A DNA stretch of 63,204 nucleotides, filler included, from Folioceros fuciformis (lineage: Eukaryota), in NCBI GenBank assembly GCA_049999805.1. It is 7 parts of 7 records of this genome, joined end to end, with 100 filler letters (N's around TTAATTAATTAA, not from the genome) between each part and the next. Parts side by side here need not be neighbours in the genome. Positions count along the whole stretch, not along the records: positions 9,019 to 25,187 come from JBNGIO010003082.1; positions 25,288 to 41,160 come from JBNGIO010003084.1; 5 more parts are not named here. One strand, written 5' to 3'. Under the pieces are notes generated by a model. It worked only from the letters and a program-made list of their open reading frames with translations. It searched no databases and was not told the origin of the DNA. This document shows, one piece after another, positions 13,107 to 25,312 of this stretch. Position numbers and translations under genes: made by a program. Position 1 is the first letter of the stretch, and each line of letters starts with the position of its first letter.

Positions 13107-15559
13107 GAAGAAAAAGATTGTGAAGCAAAATTGCACGAGGGACCCTTTCCCTTGGCTTGGGCTATGTGACCCTTCAGGCCTAGCACGATACTACACGATG
13201 GGAGGTGGACCGGGGAGGATGCGGAGATCCTCCCTCCCTCACAAGCTGCTGAACGCGCTGGGCAGGTTGACGGCACGCTGCTGCTGTTGGCTCGTTATTT
13301 CATGATTGCCGATTTCTGGGTTCTCGATGTATACACACTCCTCTGCACCTTTTAATGGCACCCTGTTGGGATGAAATCGTAATGCCCTGGCCAGTAGCAA
13401 GTACAGCCAGCGAGAAGACCAGGGACTCGCCTGGCCTGCCAGTGTGTGTGTGTGTCGTCGGATCCATCCGCACATGACTCTCTCTGTCACTGTCTTGGTC
13501 TTTGTCTCTGTCTCTGTGTCTGTCTTGTGGAGGATTCAGACACTTGCGTGCTGTGGTAACTAGAATACACACTTTTGCTTGCGGGAAACGTCGAAGTTGC
13601 GTGTGTGCAGTACCCTGCCTAAACCCGAGGCTCCCAGTTGAACGTCTATTTAATGCCTCTGCTTAGCATGCCAACCCAAGTGGAGATTCGGGATTCCTGC
13701 ACCCCATGAAATTCTGAATGCGGAGGCAGTGAGTGAGGGAGTGATTGAGTGTTGGTGGGTGACAATGTGCACTGAGATGTATCCCATACTTCAGATTTGC
13801 CTCAAGTTGCCCGTCGGGATTGTGTTGTGTAGAGGCCTTGAACCAGCGGCTGCAGGGAGTCGAGGCTGCTGGCAAGGCATGTCTCAGTTCCGTTGGGCAA
13901 GGCTCGGCTGCCACTGCTCAGTGCCACTCCAAACCTCTGAGTCAAGGCTGCCAGGGCCTTGACCAGTGGACGCAGCTCTGAACATGATCTGGGCGAGATG
14001 ATCCGGCCGAACCTGGCATTAGCATTGAAAGGCTCTCGTGATCACGAGCTGGAGCTATTAATTATCGCAAGGCCATAGGAAGAACGACCACTTGCACCAG
14101 TCGTGCTGACAGCATTCCGAAGGCCACGTTTCCATCCGACAAGACCTGGGATGCGCACATTGCAGAATACACAAGCTAAGGGTTATGTTTGTTTAAGGCC
14201 GCGCGGCTCCAAGGTCGCCCACCAGTCAGACCACAGGGAAGCTGGCTTCGAATGTGTTCGATCGTGGTGCAGTGGGAACAGTCTGAATTCCTTTGTCACC
14301 TCCGAACAGGCAAAGGGCCAGAGGGGGAAGAGTCTGAGGCAATGCCTGTGTCTTGTCCTCACTCAGCCAGAAAAAATATCCAAGTCCGGATCCCCGACGA
14401 CCAAGACCTGGCTGCTCCCAAGAATGTGTGTAGGCGGTGAGGGTGTGGGTGTGTGTGATCCCTGCAACCTGCTCGACACTAGACTACGTGGAGGCAAACG
14501 TGCAGAGGAAGATTCGGTTGGTCCGCTGACAGCTTTGGGTCCACTAGTACTGTTTTCATGAGCAGTGGCATGTCAATGTATGTATGGAGGCCGGATGGCG
14601 GAAGAAGCCGTAGCACGGTCTGGCCAGCCGTTCCTCGATTGTTGCGTGATCCACAAATTATCTAAGGGGCGGGGCCCGGCCCGGCCTCTCCGGCCGCGCG
14701 CTGCACGGCACCCTCAGCCCCGCACGTACCGTAACGGAGTCCGTTGCTGTCCCGACTTCTCTGTGCTGCCAATGCTGCAGCAGGTGCCCTGGCAGGGCTC
14801 CGACTACCCCTCCAAGGATTCGCAGGGGCCACACCGGCCAGGGCCCGGGCCCGGGCCCAGGCCGCCTTGCCCACCCTGCGTCCACAACCTCAGCCTCCCC
14901 CCAAGCGCGCCCAACGATCAAGGCGTCCAGTATTCGCACGAGCAACGTCAGATGAAATCGGCGGGCACACCCAAGACGCAAGCGCATCGGGATCGGAAGC
15001 CTTAGGCCTCTTGTCAACAGGGTAAGCTGGATTCATCATCCGTGTCACGGTCAACATCCCTACACTTGCGACGTTTCATCCCTGGACATGATCTTCTACT
15101 CTGCTCTGCTATTCTATGCTACGCTACGTTGCCTGCCCTGAGCACATGGGTAATCCTCATCCTATTTACAAGCTTCGTGTACAAAGGCAGGACAGCACGG
15201 TATTGCCTAGGAGTCCTCAAGCTGCATCACTAACTCCTCTATGATCCCCTATTGTCACCTTTCTACGTCGGAATGCCGATGGAATTCCTTCCCACATTAC
15301 GTCTCTGACGTCTTCTGCCCTAGTCCTCTAAAGGCTAATTGTGGACGTTCCTGGAACCGAGGGGTCGGCGTTCACGGCATCATCAGGTCGCCGGCGACCG
15401 AGGCCATACTCGCCGATCCAAGATGTGCATGTCAGGTGAGCCCCTTGGTCGGTCGAGCATCACGCCAAAAAAATTCCTGGATCCAAGGGGCATGAAAGTG
15501 GGCGTTGTCCCTGCAGCAAATCATGCCCAAACCCCTCGGAAAAGCTTGCAGACTGGGCT

Positions 15560-17143
15560 CTAGCAGAGCATGCTAGAGAGGAGGCGGTAGCGACGGCTTC
15601 CCAACCCCTTCGCCGCTTTCATCCGATTCCATGGCATGAGACCAGGCCCGGATGTGTCGGCACAGCAATCCTCGTCCAGCTCGGGCTCGTCCTTGGCTGC
15701 CACAGCCCGCCACTCCTTGCCCGAGCTCACATCCTTGGTAATTCTGGGAGAGCCAGAATTTTTGCGCTTATGCCCAACAGCAGTCCCGTGGGCGCCGCAT
15801 TGCGAGTCCTTGAGGCCCGCGGGCGGATGTACAGCAGGAGATGGTCTTCTGGCCGAGGTCGGCGCCGGGGTGTTGCCGTCGGCGCGCTTCTTGGGAGTGC
15901 TGTGTTTGTGAGTGGTGGCGGAGACACCGTCCAGATCCGCCTTGGCCCTGCTCTGCAAGGTGGCCGTGGTAGAAGCCGAATGTTGGGACGGCTGCGGGGA
16001 AGCAGGCGAGTGCACCGAGTGCGCGACGCTGCCCATTCCTGATCCTGATGCTGATCCTGCTCCCGTCCCGCGGGATTCGCATTCAGAGTCGACCCCCCGA
16101 GCCACCTCTAACAGCAGGCTGAGGCCGTCCATCCCACTGGTGTCGAAATCGGCAGCGCCGAGCACGGAATGAGGAGAGACGTTGTACTGGGATGGTTTCT
16201 TGCAAGTGTCGGATCTGGGTTTCTTGACAGCGAGTTGCGGAAGCTGGACACGAAGATGACTGACACTCCGCTGTTGTTGCCTGCTGGGCTGCGAAGAGGG
16301 GGAGGCGGAATTGGAAGAGGACCTGCAGTGAGCGGCAAGGCAAGCACACATTCAGACTAGGGTTTGATGATCGGAGGGGACATGGACCCGACCACCACCC
16401 GACCCGGAAGCAGCAGGAATGAATTCATGGCTGTCATTAGCGGATCGGACGGGCTACCTGTGGCTGCTGCTCAAGGGGTAGCGGTGATCGCTGTCGCTGC
16501 AGCTGGTGAGCTCCTGTTGCAAGGGAGTGCCACTCCCACTGCTGCAGGCATGACATGCATGCGCCTGAGCATGAGCACGAACATTTGCATCTCCATGCAC
16601 AAGTCCTTTCCCATGTCCATCCTCCCCTCGTTCGCGGGGGAGGCAAGGTCGGGGTTCAAGGTCGGACTCCCCCGGGCTAGTGAAGCTTGCACTGGTGTGG
16701 CATCCCTCGGACCCCGGCTCCACGTCGTCCTGATCGGGGAGAGTGTCGTCCCCAAACAATTCCAGCATCGTCCGCTTCCTCCACTCTATGCTACTTTGAC
16801 AGCTGAAGGCGTCCAGATCCTCCATTTTCTGGGGATGGGCGGCTTGGGGCTGCGGCACGGACACCAGCAGCTCCCGCGGTCGCACCTGCACCGGGAGAAG
16901 CTGGGGGATACTCGCTGCTGCTGGCTCTGCTTCTACTCCAGCTCGTGCTTGAACCTGCTGCTGCCTCTGCTTCCTGGGTACTAAACGGCTTCTCCCGGAT
17001 TTCCTCACAGTACCTTTCTTGAGACCCCCCTCCTGAGCCGGCCCGGGGGACTGTTGCCGCGGCTGGTCCACAGTGGTAACGGAAGAGGCGGCGCGGGAGA
17101 GGTCCAGGGCGTGGTCGGAGCTGGAACTACTGAGCACCATCAT
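15560..17143 (-). CDS. Uncharacterised Ser/Pro/Gln-rich protein, about 482 aa, 2 exons (17143-16458, 16322-15560)
   Basis: Two long ORFs join in frame across a 135-nt intron (CACAG|GTAG...CTGCAG|GTCC). The start is GCCATGATGG. The spliced length of 1449 nt is divisible by 3. No recognisable folded domain. Confidence 0.65.
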
Positions 17144-17198
17144 GGCAGCAGAGCATGGTGCAGCTGGGGGACAGGGATGCGGCGGGGCAGAACAGGCC

Positions 17199-19865
17199 GG
17201 GACAGGACAGGACAGGACAGGAGGAGCTGAGAGCACCGGTGAGGAGAGGCAGGTGAGTCCCAAGCCCGGTGAAATTTGCAGCAGGGCAGGGAAGGGAAGG
17301 GCAGGGCAGATCCGGTGCGGCACAAGGAGAGGAGCGGAAGAAGGGTAGCAGCAGCGGAAGGAAACACCGGGCCGGCAGCGGAGAAGCTTCCCTTCTGCCT
17401 TCGTTCCGCCTCTAGAGAAGCCCCAAGCCCGGGCTGGATTCGGTGGTGGCCGGAGTTTCGAGGCGCAAGTAGTTGCAACATGCAAAGCAAGCAAGAAAGA
17501 AAAGGCGCGCGGAGTGGCGGGGCAGGGTGTCGTGGCCCTGACCCGCTGCCAACGGAGAGGCAGGCTCGTCGGCCAAAAACGGCAAACCCAGGCAGGGCAA
17601 AGGGGAGGGGAACGGGGGCGGAAAGATCGGCCCGGCGCAGCTGGAGGTGGAGCAGGGGGCTTGCAAGAGCGGGAGGCGGAGGCGAGAGAGGGGGGTAGAG
17701 GAGCAGCGCAGCGGAGGCTGCGGGGAAAACAAAACAAAAACAGAAAAGGAGAGACTTGGAAGCGACGCAGCCGGCAGCTATAGCGCGTGCTGCTGCGTGT
17801 TGTGGTGATGGACTGGAAGGATGGGAGACGCACCAGCACGGGATTGCGAAGGACGCACAGTGACACCGCACCCCGTCTCGCCCCGGAGCCAGAGCTACAG
17901 CCAGAGCCAGAGCCAGAGCCAGTGTATGGTACGTAGGCTTTCAGGGCATTACACAAACCACACTCCACTCCGCTTTACTTCACTCCGAACTAGTGCACTA
18001 TCCACCCGGCACGGCAACAGGACAGCACTGCACTCCGACACTGTGTCGTCTCGCCCCCTCCCCCACCTTTTCCACCTACATACAAGGCTGAATGAAGGCC
18101 AGGGGACGCTTACCAGTGGCCGCGGCGATGGCGAATGGGGCAGTCGCGATTCCAGGAGTTCCCTTCCCATCAGCTCCACGGCCTACGACTACGACGCTTC
18201 CACCCCGCTTTGCTCCCGCTGTGTCGACGCACTTGCGAGCAATTGGGTCGAGGCGCGTATGCGGAGCTGGTGCACAGCCCGAGCTCCCAGGTGGGGCCCA
18301 CGTCAGTTGAAATGTGTCACATGGCAGGGCAGGGCAGGGAAGGCAAGGCCAGGCCCGTCCATTGGCCAATAATAGTGGAAGGTGTCACGACAGAATCCCA
18401 TCCATCTGGTCACTACTCCATGTTCTCTAAAGACCCTTCACAACCTACACACTAGACTCCATGGCTGGCCTACGTCGTCGGGAAACGCGCTACGAATTAT
18501 ATGTGCGTATTTTACGACAACGCACCGCAACAAGCACAGTGAGTCTCTGTCTTGTCTCCAACACTTGACTCGTCCCGTCTCGTCTCGTCTCGTCTCGTCC
18601 ATCGCTTCCTTCACAACAGACGCGGCAAAGTCTGCAAAGAAGTGGAGGGGAAAGTTCTGGCGAAGCCACGCACTCGTGACTGTCCCCTCCCCGTCTTCAA
18701 ACTTCAAAACCGAAACAAACAAACAAAGAAAGCAGGAGGAAACTGGACGAGGAATCCAATCTCCAAATCATCCACACACACAAACATTTATTTGCCGCGT
18801 CTCCCGAGTCCCGTCGCACGCTCCACCGGTCCAGATATGTCCGTCTGTATGTATGTATGTATCAGGATATTATACTGCACATACCAACCCTGCACAGGCA
18901 GCATACACTACATACATACGTCAAGTTGTGGGGCCTTCCGCCTACCGGCTGTTTACGATTGGAGCACACCAACGGGCCAGTACCAGCCAGCCCGCCTATG
19001 TCAAGACTTACTTACTTGGTGTGGCGTGGCGTGGCGTGGCGTGGCGTGGCAGCAGACCGGCCGGGCCCGGGCCCGGGGCCGGGGCCTGGGCCTGCTGGCC
19101 GTTTCATCACAAAAGGACTGTAGACTATGGTATGGTGTGATGATGCGGCAAGGCAACGAAAGGCACCCACTGGCGCACTGTCGCACACATCGGCATTGGC
19201 TCTGCCTCTGCCTTCTGCACCTGCCAGGCATGGCATCCGAGGTCAGCGATTGCTTCTTTTATAGTATCGTGCAAAGCAAATCTGGGCGGCGCGGCCACGG
19301 GACGAAAAATGAAAACAAAGGTTGAATCCAGCACCTACAGGCCGCATTGGGGCAACGCAAACGGCCATATCAACGGGTGCCACAACTTGGAACCACCGCC
19401 ACCCATGATACATACATGACGACATGTAAAGTTAAGGCATCTCCCGCCTGCCCTCTGTGCATATCTTGAGGCCCACCCCTTGTACTGTAATGAGTACTAT
19501 CATTGACACGCAGGGCAGGGCACGGCAGGGCAGGGCAGGCCCGGCCAGGCCAGGCCAACGCAGGGCACTGCAGGGCCGGGTTGCAAGGATCTCATCCGAT
19601 GCCCTCCCTTGCTAGCCCCAGCCCCATATTCAGGGCACCTGCCCTCTTGCCTCTGCCTCTCAGGCTCTGGGCTCTGCAACCAGGGTAGGTTTGGGCTCTG
19701 GTAGTAGGCAGCCGTGCAATTATTTGACCGTTGAGATACTTACAGGGCAAGCCTAGCTGGGGGGATCGCCTGGTACGTACCTGCTGTAGCCTGTAGCACT
19801 AGCAGTGGCAGTGGCGGGCCTGCCATGTCGAGCAGGCCAGGCCCTGGCCAGCCCAGCCCAGCCCA
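17199..19865. repeat. Cluster of short GC-rich penta/hexanucleotide microsatellites
   Basis: (GACAG)n ~17199-17221; (GGGCA)n ~17281-17310, 18322-18345 and 19510-19570; (CCAGAG)n ~17889-17920; (CTCGT)n ~18569-18599; (GGCGT)n 19021-19050; (CCCAG)n ~19850. Confidence 0.8.
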
Positions 19866-22227
19866 GGCATGTCTTGCCATTAACGCTGTCCCTGACCGTG
19901 CAGCCCAGCAGCTCCACACGCGGCTCCGCTCAAGGAACGGCCTCCGCTCCTCCGCCCTCCACCCTACGCACATGTACATCCACATCTCGTCTTCGCCTTC
20001 ACGTTTCAGCTTATGTATGCAATAATACGACACTACGTTCCTCCACACCTGGAGAGGACCGCTTCTGGGCTTCATCTGCAGGCAGCAGGTGGCCCTGGTG
20101 GTGCTGTCCTCGTCCCAGCCCGTGACTCTCACCGCCTTCTTCAAATTGCAACGCTGCCATTGCCTCATCACTGCCCTGCCTTGTCCTGGACTCCTTCTAG
20201 TGCGCCTGCCTGCTGCCCTGCCTGACGCTGATAGGCAACGGGATGTTCATACCAGAGATGTAGATCCTGTAACAGCAGACCGGTCCCCCAGTTCCAGACC
20301 TACTTCACACTCCGACGAGTGGGACGCACTGGAGTCAGGGACAACCACAAAGTGCACCCTCCCCCTCTCTCCATAGTGGTTGCCCTCTCATCCACCACCT
20401 TTGCCTTCTCCTCCTCTTCAACACCCCACCAGCCAGCCACCAGGGTAGCCTTTGTGAGGTGGATGTGCCAGGGAGAGAGGGAGGCCAAGGCAAAGGTGAT
20501 GAGAAATGTACTGTAAATATAATGGCCATGTCAAATTTCCTCCATAATGCCTGCTCTCATTCATGTCTGCTGCCACCTGCAGGCTCCAGCTCCAGTTGCA
20601 GCTCAAGCCGCAAGTCCCAGAACTTTTGTCGTGGCGGCGTGTCTCGTCTTGTGTGTGCTACCCCATATTTCCCTGCCGTGACAGTCGCAGTGGCACACTA
20701 TTAGTGTCTGGGACCGCGTGAAGGAGGCAAGCTAAGAAGTAGGAACTCCAAGTCCATGTGCGCTTACCCTAAAACAAACATTCCATGCCCCAAGCATTCG
20801 GCACAGATAACAAAGCGGCCCCCGCAAAAACAGTCCATGCGCTCTTTTCCCGAGTCACTATTCCCGGGCCTTGATGGTGCGTCGCGTCGGTAGGTGGGCC
20901 GAGAGTAGGTAGATTTGTACCTTGCTGCAGCATCGGCTTCCGTGCACTGTATATCTCCGCCAGCTCCACGAAACCTAGGCTTATTAGCTATGCATGGACT
21001 CTACTAGTCTAGTTGCTTCCAGATCTCAGAGCATCACCGCCATCCCTTTCCTTCCATCACCGTGGCCACCATGCAACCAGGCTCCAGCTGCATAATAAAT
21101 ACACACATATGTAACCATCACTTTCCAGTCTGTGACAAAACTCCGACACCCCACGCAGTGCAGTACGCGTACATATGTACATTCTGACGAACGTCATAAA
21201 CAAATCCGAACCAAGTTGCAACCGGTACACGGACAAATCCCTCTCCATACGCGACCTCATCGCGCCGCGCCATCATCGGTTCAACATAATCCCAGATTGC
21301 GATCCCGAACTTCCCTGGAACAGAATTTCTCTCAAGCATCTTCCCTCCCCTCCCCTCTGTTGAACGCTAGGTTGATATCTGCACCTCCATCTGCACCGCC
21401 ACAGGTGAGATGAAACCAAGTGAAGCCGAGGGTAGACGGGGAATAGCGCAGTACCTGGCAAATGTCCATGGCCAACAAACGCGGATGTATATGCATGTAC
21501 CGTATTGCGCAGCCAAGTGTGCACACACCTCCATGCGATAGACGTCGGAATTTTAAGCTCACTGTTACTGCTCTCCGCATTGATCATCCATCCCCCTGCC
21601 CCTGCGCTGCGGCGTCCTCGCAGATGATTTGCACCGGGTCAGGTCTTGGAAGAAGAAGACGACAGAACAGAACAGAACCGAATTAGGGGACAACAAGCAT
21701 ACATACTTTACTGTTTATTCCAACGCCTGTGTCCTCGTGGCCCACCATTCTCAACCGCGACGGCCAAATCCTGGCAATCACAGTTCCAAACTTCGGCTGG
21801 GATTCCATTGCCGGATACCGAGCTCAGGAGCAGCAGCAACCGACATAATATCCCAAATGTACTGGACGAGTTAGCCGCCGTGAGATGCCCCGACCCCTCG
21901 GGCCCTGTCCATTTATGTCCTCTACCTCGCTGGAATCCGCTTGGGATACATGCTGCTAATGCGCTTGCACATTCGCGCAAGTCAGGAATATTTAGCAACC
22001 CTATACGGGCCATCCCTGGCGATTCCGACTTCAGCCCCATCCAACAATTTGCCGGGATTTTGCTGCCACCTATGACAGCCGCCACTCAGTAGTCTGCCTA
22101 CCCCCGGCTCACGATATCGCTCTGTCAACGCTTGCCACTACAACTACACGCGTCCTCAACTGTTTTCATGTTCTGCGTCACCGAGCTTGAAGCCTGGAAG
22201 CAAAACAGTGGTAAGGAGCAGCTGAGA

Positions 22228-24548
22228 ATGCCAAACGTGGCCATGGACTTGATCTCGCCCGTGGGCATCTCTCTGCTTGCCGTGGGAGCGGGACTGCTCT
22301 TCACCTTGCTCAGAAACGTCAACTCATGGCTCTACGAGCCCAGGCTACTGACCGGGCAGAGCTCCCTGCCTCCCGGGGACATGGGATGGCCTATCATCGG
22401 CACCATGCTGCCTTTTATCCGTGCATTCAAGTCCAAGGACCCCAACTCCTTCGTGAATGGCTTCATCTCCAGGTAGGTTCCTTCGGATTGCGAGCTTGCA
22501 AAACTTCTTGTCTGCGTGTATTGCAATGTTTGTTTGCATCATCGCGTGAGATACATGACCTGTGCCTCCAAATTATGCAGGTTTGGGAAACAGACCGGGC
22601 TGTACAAGACCTACATGTTTTTGCAGCCAACAATTCTGTCCACCACGCCGGAGACGAACAAGCTGGTGATGAACCGGAACGACGTGTTCGTGTCCGGGTG
22701 GCCGCAGTCCACCAAGACCATCCTGGGGAGGAAGTCCTTCGCCTCCATCGAGGGAGAGGACCACAAGCGGCTGCGCAGGCTCACCTACGAATCTATCAAC
22801 GGTCCCAACATTTTGAAGAGCTTCATTCCCCGGATCGAGACCATGGCGAAAACGGAGCTGGAGGCTTGGAGCGAGAAGGACTGCAACAGCAGCTACGACG
22901 ACCTGAGGATGGTCCGCAAAAGCAATCCTTGTGCCTTTCGGTATCTGGAATTCCTGACAATTTAATGCCTCCCTGATCGTGCACTTGTGGAGGGAACTGA
23001 GTCCTGCCACGATGGTGGGTGCTGCAGTTCACGTTCCACGTGATCGCCTCCTTGTTCATCAGCTACAAGCCTGGCCCCGAATGTACGGCACTGTGCAACG
23101 AGTTCGAGGAATTTGTTCACGGCCTTCGAGCAATGCCGATCAAGTTTCCAGGCACCGCTTACTACAGGTCACTCATGGTGAGACCCACTGAGTGTCCCAG
23201 AATCCTTTGGAAGACAGTTTTCTGGGCTGTGGGAAACGTGGAAGCCGTCTCTCACTCACTCCGGGCCGTGGCCATGTTGCAGTCCCGAAGAAGGATGGAC
23301 GTCATCCTGCAAGGCATTATCGACAAGAGAAGGAGCAGCCAGGTGGAAACGAACGAGGCGCCCAATCATGACGTGTTGGAGGCGATGATGGCAAACGTGG
23401 ACGAAGACGGAAGGAAGCTGACGGATGAAGAGATCATCGACACGCTCGTCGTCTACCTGCTTGCAGGCCACGAGTCGTCCGCCCACACTGTTCTGTGGAT
23501 CATGATTCTGCTCTACCAGCACCCCCACGTCTGGAAGAAAGCTCGGGTACGTCCTCTCCCATTCATGTCCAAAAACAATGCATTGATGCATTTTTTTAAT
23601 GCATGCCTGTATGCCAACGAACGCATGGCTTGCAAGGAACGGCACGCCAAGGCTTGCAAGGCATTGCTTTTCTTGCCAGGAAAGTATCCAACCTCACAAA
23701 TGCACCAATGTCATACCGTGGCCCTGGCAGGAAGAAGTACGAAAAGTGCACGATGCCAAAGCGCCTGGTGAACTCCTCACTTTCGGCGAGTACAAGAGCA
23801 TGACTTACATCTCCAAGGTCGTGGACGAGACCCTCAGGCTGGTGAACGTGACCCCTATGGTGTTCCGGGAGGTCAAGTCTGACATCCAAGTGAACGGTAA
23901 GTGGGGGTTGTTGCAGAGCTGGAATCGGTACTGCTCTTCCACTGCGCAGTGCAATGCACCCAAGGTTGTGACAAGTCAAATTGTGTCGTGTCAGGCCACA
24001 CGATTCCCAAGGGCTGGTTCGTGCAGCCCTGGTTCAGAATGGTGCATCTGGACCCGGAAGTGTTCCCCGACCCCAAGAAATTCGACCCCGACCGCTGGGA
24101 CGTAAGCCACTTCCTTCCATCCAATTGGATTCGGTCTCTGGCTTGTGTTTCCCGTCCCCAATGCACAATGCACACAAAACCATCAGCTGACTGTTTTGTT
24201 GGTCCCATCTTGCCAGAAAATCAAGCTCAAGGGAGGAATGTTCACGCCCTTCGGAGCAGGCTACCGCATGTGCCCAGGCAACGAGTTGGCCAAGCTCGAG
24301 ATAACTGTCTTCATCTACCATTTGCTGCTCAACTACAGGTACTTTACATCCAAATTCTGTGCTGCTATCTGCAATGGAATGGTCGTTGCATATGCCCGTT
24401 TCCCCTTCCCGTTTGCAAACTTCAACGCCCTGCCGCTCCTGCTCGTTCCAGGTGGGAGCCCATCAACCCTAAGAGCGACCAAAACCTTCAGTTCCTTCCG
24501 CATCCTCGGCCTAAAGACGGCTATCCTGTCCGGATTTTCAAGTTGTAG
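22228..24548 (+). CDS. KAO: Cytochrome P450 CYP88 family, ent-kaurenoic acid oxidase-like, 8 exons
   Basis: [38 protein letters not shown]...[11 protein letters not shown]-helix AGHESS, ETLR, FDPDRWD and heme motif [10 protein letters not shown]. Exons 22228-22472, 22581-22911, 23028-23177, 23283-23546, 23731-23896, 23995-24101, 24217-24338, 24452-24548. Alternative ATG at 22243. Confidence 0.9.
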
Positions 24549-25081
24549 ATTTTTGGCTCATACCGCAAGCCGGTGCACCATGTATGTATGTGAACTTTGA
24601 TGTTCAAACAAACGTCCTGAAATGACCCTTATCAAGCCTGACAACCCATTTTCCGATCTACTTCTAAATACTTTTGTGCAATATGACGAATATAACTAAT
24701 CCAGTTTGATTAGGGAGGTTGTTATAATTATGTCAATCCACTAAATCTTTCTTTTGGAAAAACAATTATACAGTATCACACTATTCATGAATATTAATAT
24801 TTTTCATTCTTAATGATTATGCTATATTTATTTATAAATTGTATAATTTTTTAACTATGTATTACGTGATGCATATAACATACGAAACCAACAAAGGAGA
24901 GGCTCTACTATTTTAGGCTTTTCACCTCGAGTATCTATGGGTATACACCCCAAGATGTCTTTTTTGGCTGTGTCCTGTTTGGGCATCGTCTCTAAACATA
25001 CATTTTTCCATAATGGACACTTAAAGTTGCTCAGATGTTTTAGAGGAGCAGAGAGGAGCCGTGCAGGAAGGGCAAGAAGTG

Positions 25082-25187
25082 CATGGGATAATGGGAGTGG
25101 GAAGTGGCATGGGATAATGGGAGTGGGAAGTGGCATGGGATAATGGGAGTGGGAAGTGGCATGGGATAATGGGAGTGGGAAGTGGCA
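25082..25187 (+). repeat. 26-bp tandem minisatellite CATGGGATAATGGGAGTGGGAAGTGG, four identical copies, running into the gap
   Basis: Units start at 25082, 25108, 25134 and 25160, with a partial unit at 25186. Confidence 0.95.
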
Positions 25188-25287
25188 NNNNNNNNNNNNN
25201 NNNNNNNNNNNNNNNNNNNNNNNNNNNNNNNTTAATTAATTAANNNNNNNNNNNNNNNNNNNNNNNNNNNNNNNNNNNNNNNNNNNN
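25188..25287. other. Artificial contig spacer
   Basis: N44-TTAATTAATTAA-N44. Confidence 0.98.
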
Positions 25288-25312
25288 GGAGTGTGGGCGT
25301 ATGTTAAGCTAC

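Noticed and set aside
14565-15025. GC-rich overlapping ORFs, one resembling a plastid transit peptide ending at a GTAAG donor
   Set aside because: No in-frame ATG (TAA at 14732) and no convincing downstream exon or peptide-hormone motif.
17144-17968. 275-codon in-frame extension upstream of the orphan gene (504-aa ORF in the track)
   Set aside because: Starts at GTG, crosses microsatellites and translates to repeat-derived sequence. Openness is explained by high GC.
18000-22100. Conserved MIRNA hairpins or small ORFs in the long intergenic region
   Set aside because: By eye, no match to deeply conserved plant miRNAs and no long hairpin. The ORFs are repeat-derived. A folding scan would be needed to exclude novel hairpins.
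25082-25187. 26-bp repeats as a CRISPR array
   Set aside because: Units are directly tandem with no spacers, the context is eukaryotic, and there are no cas genes.
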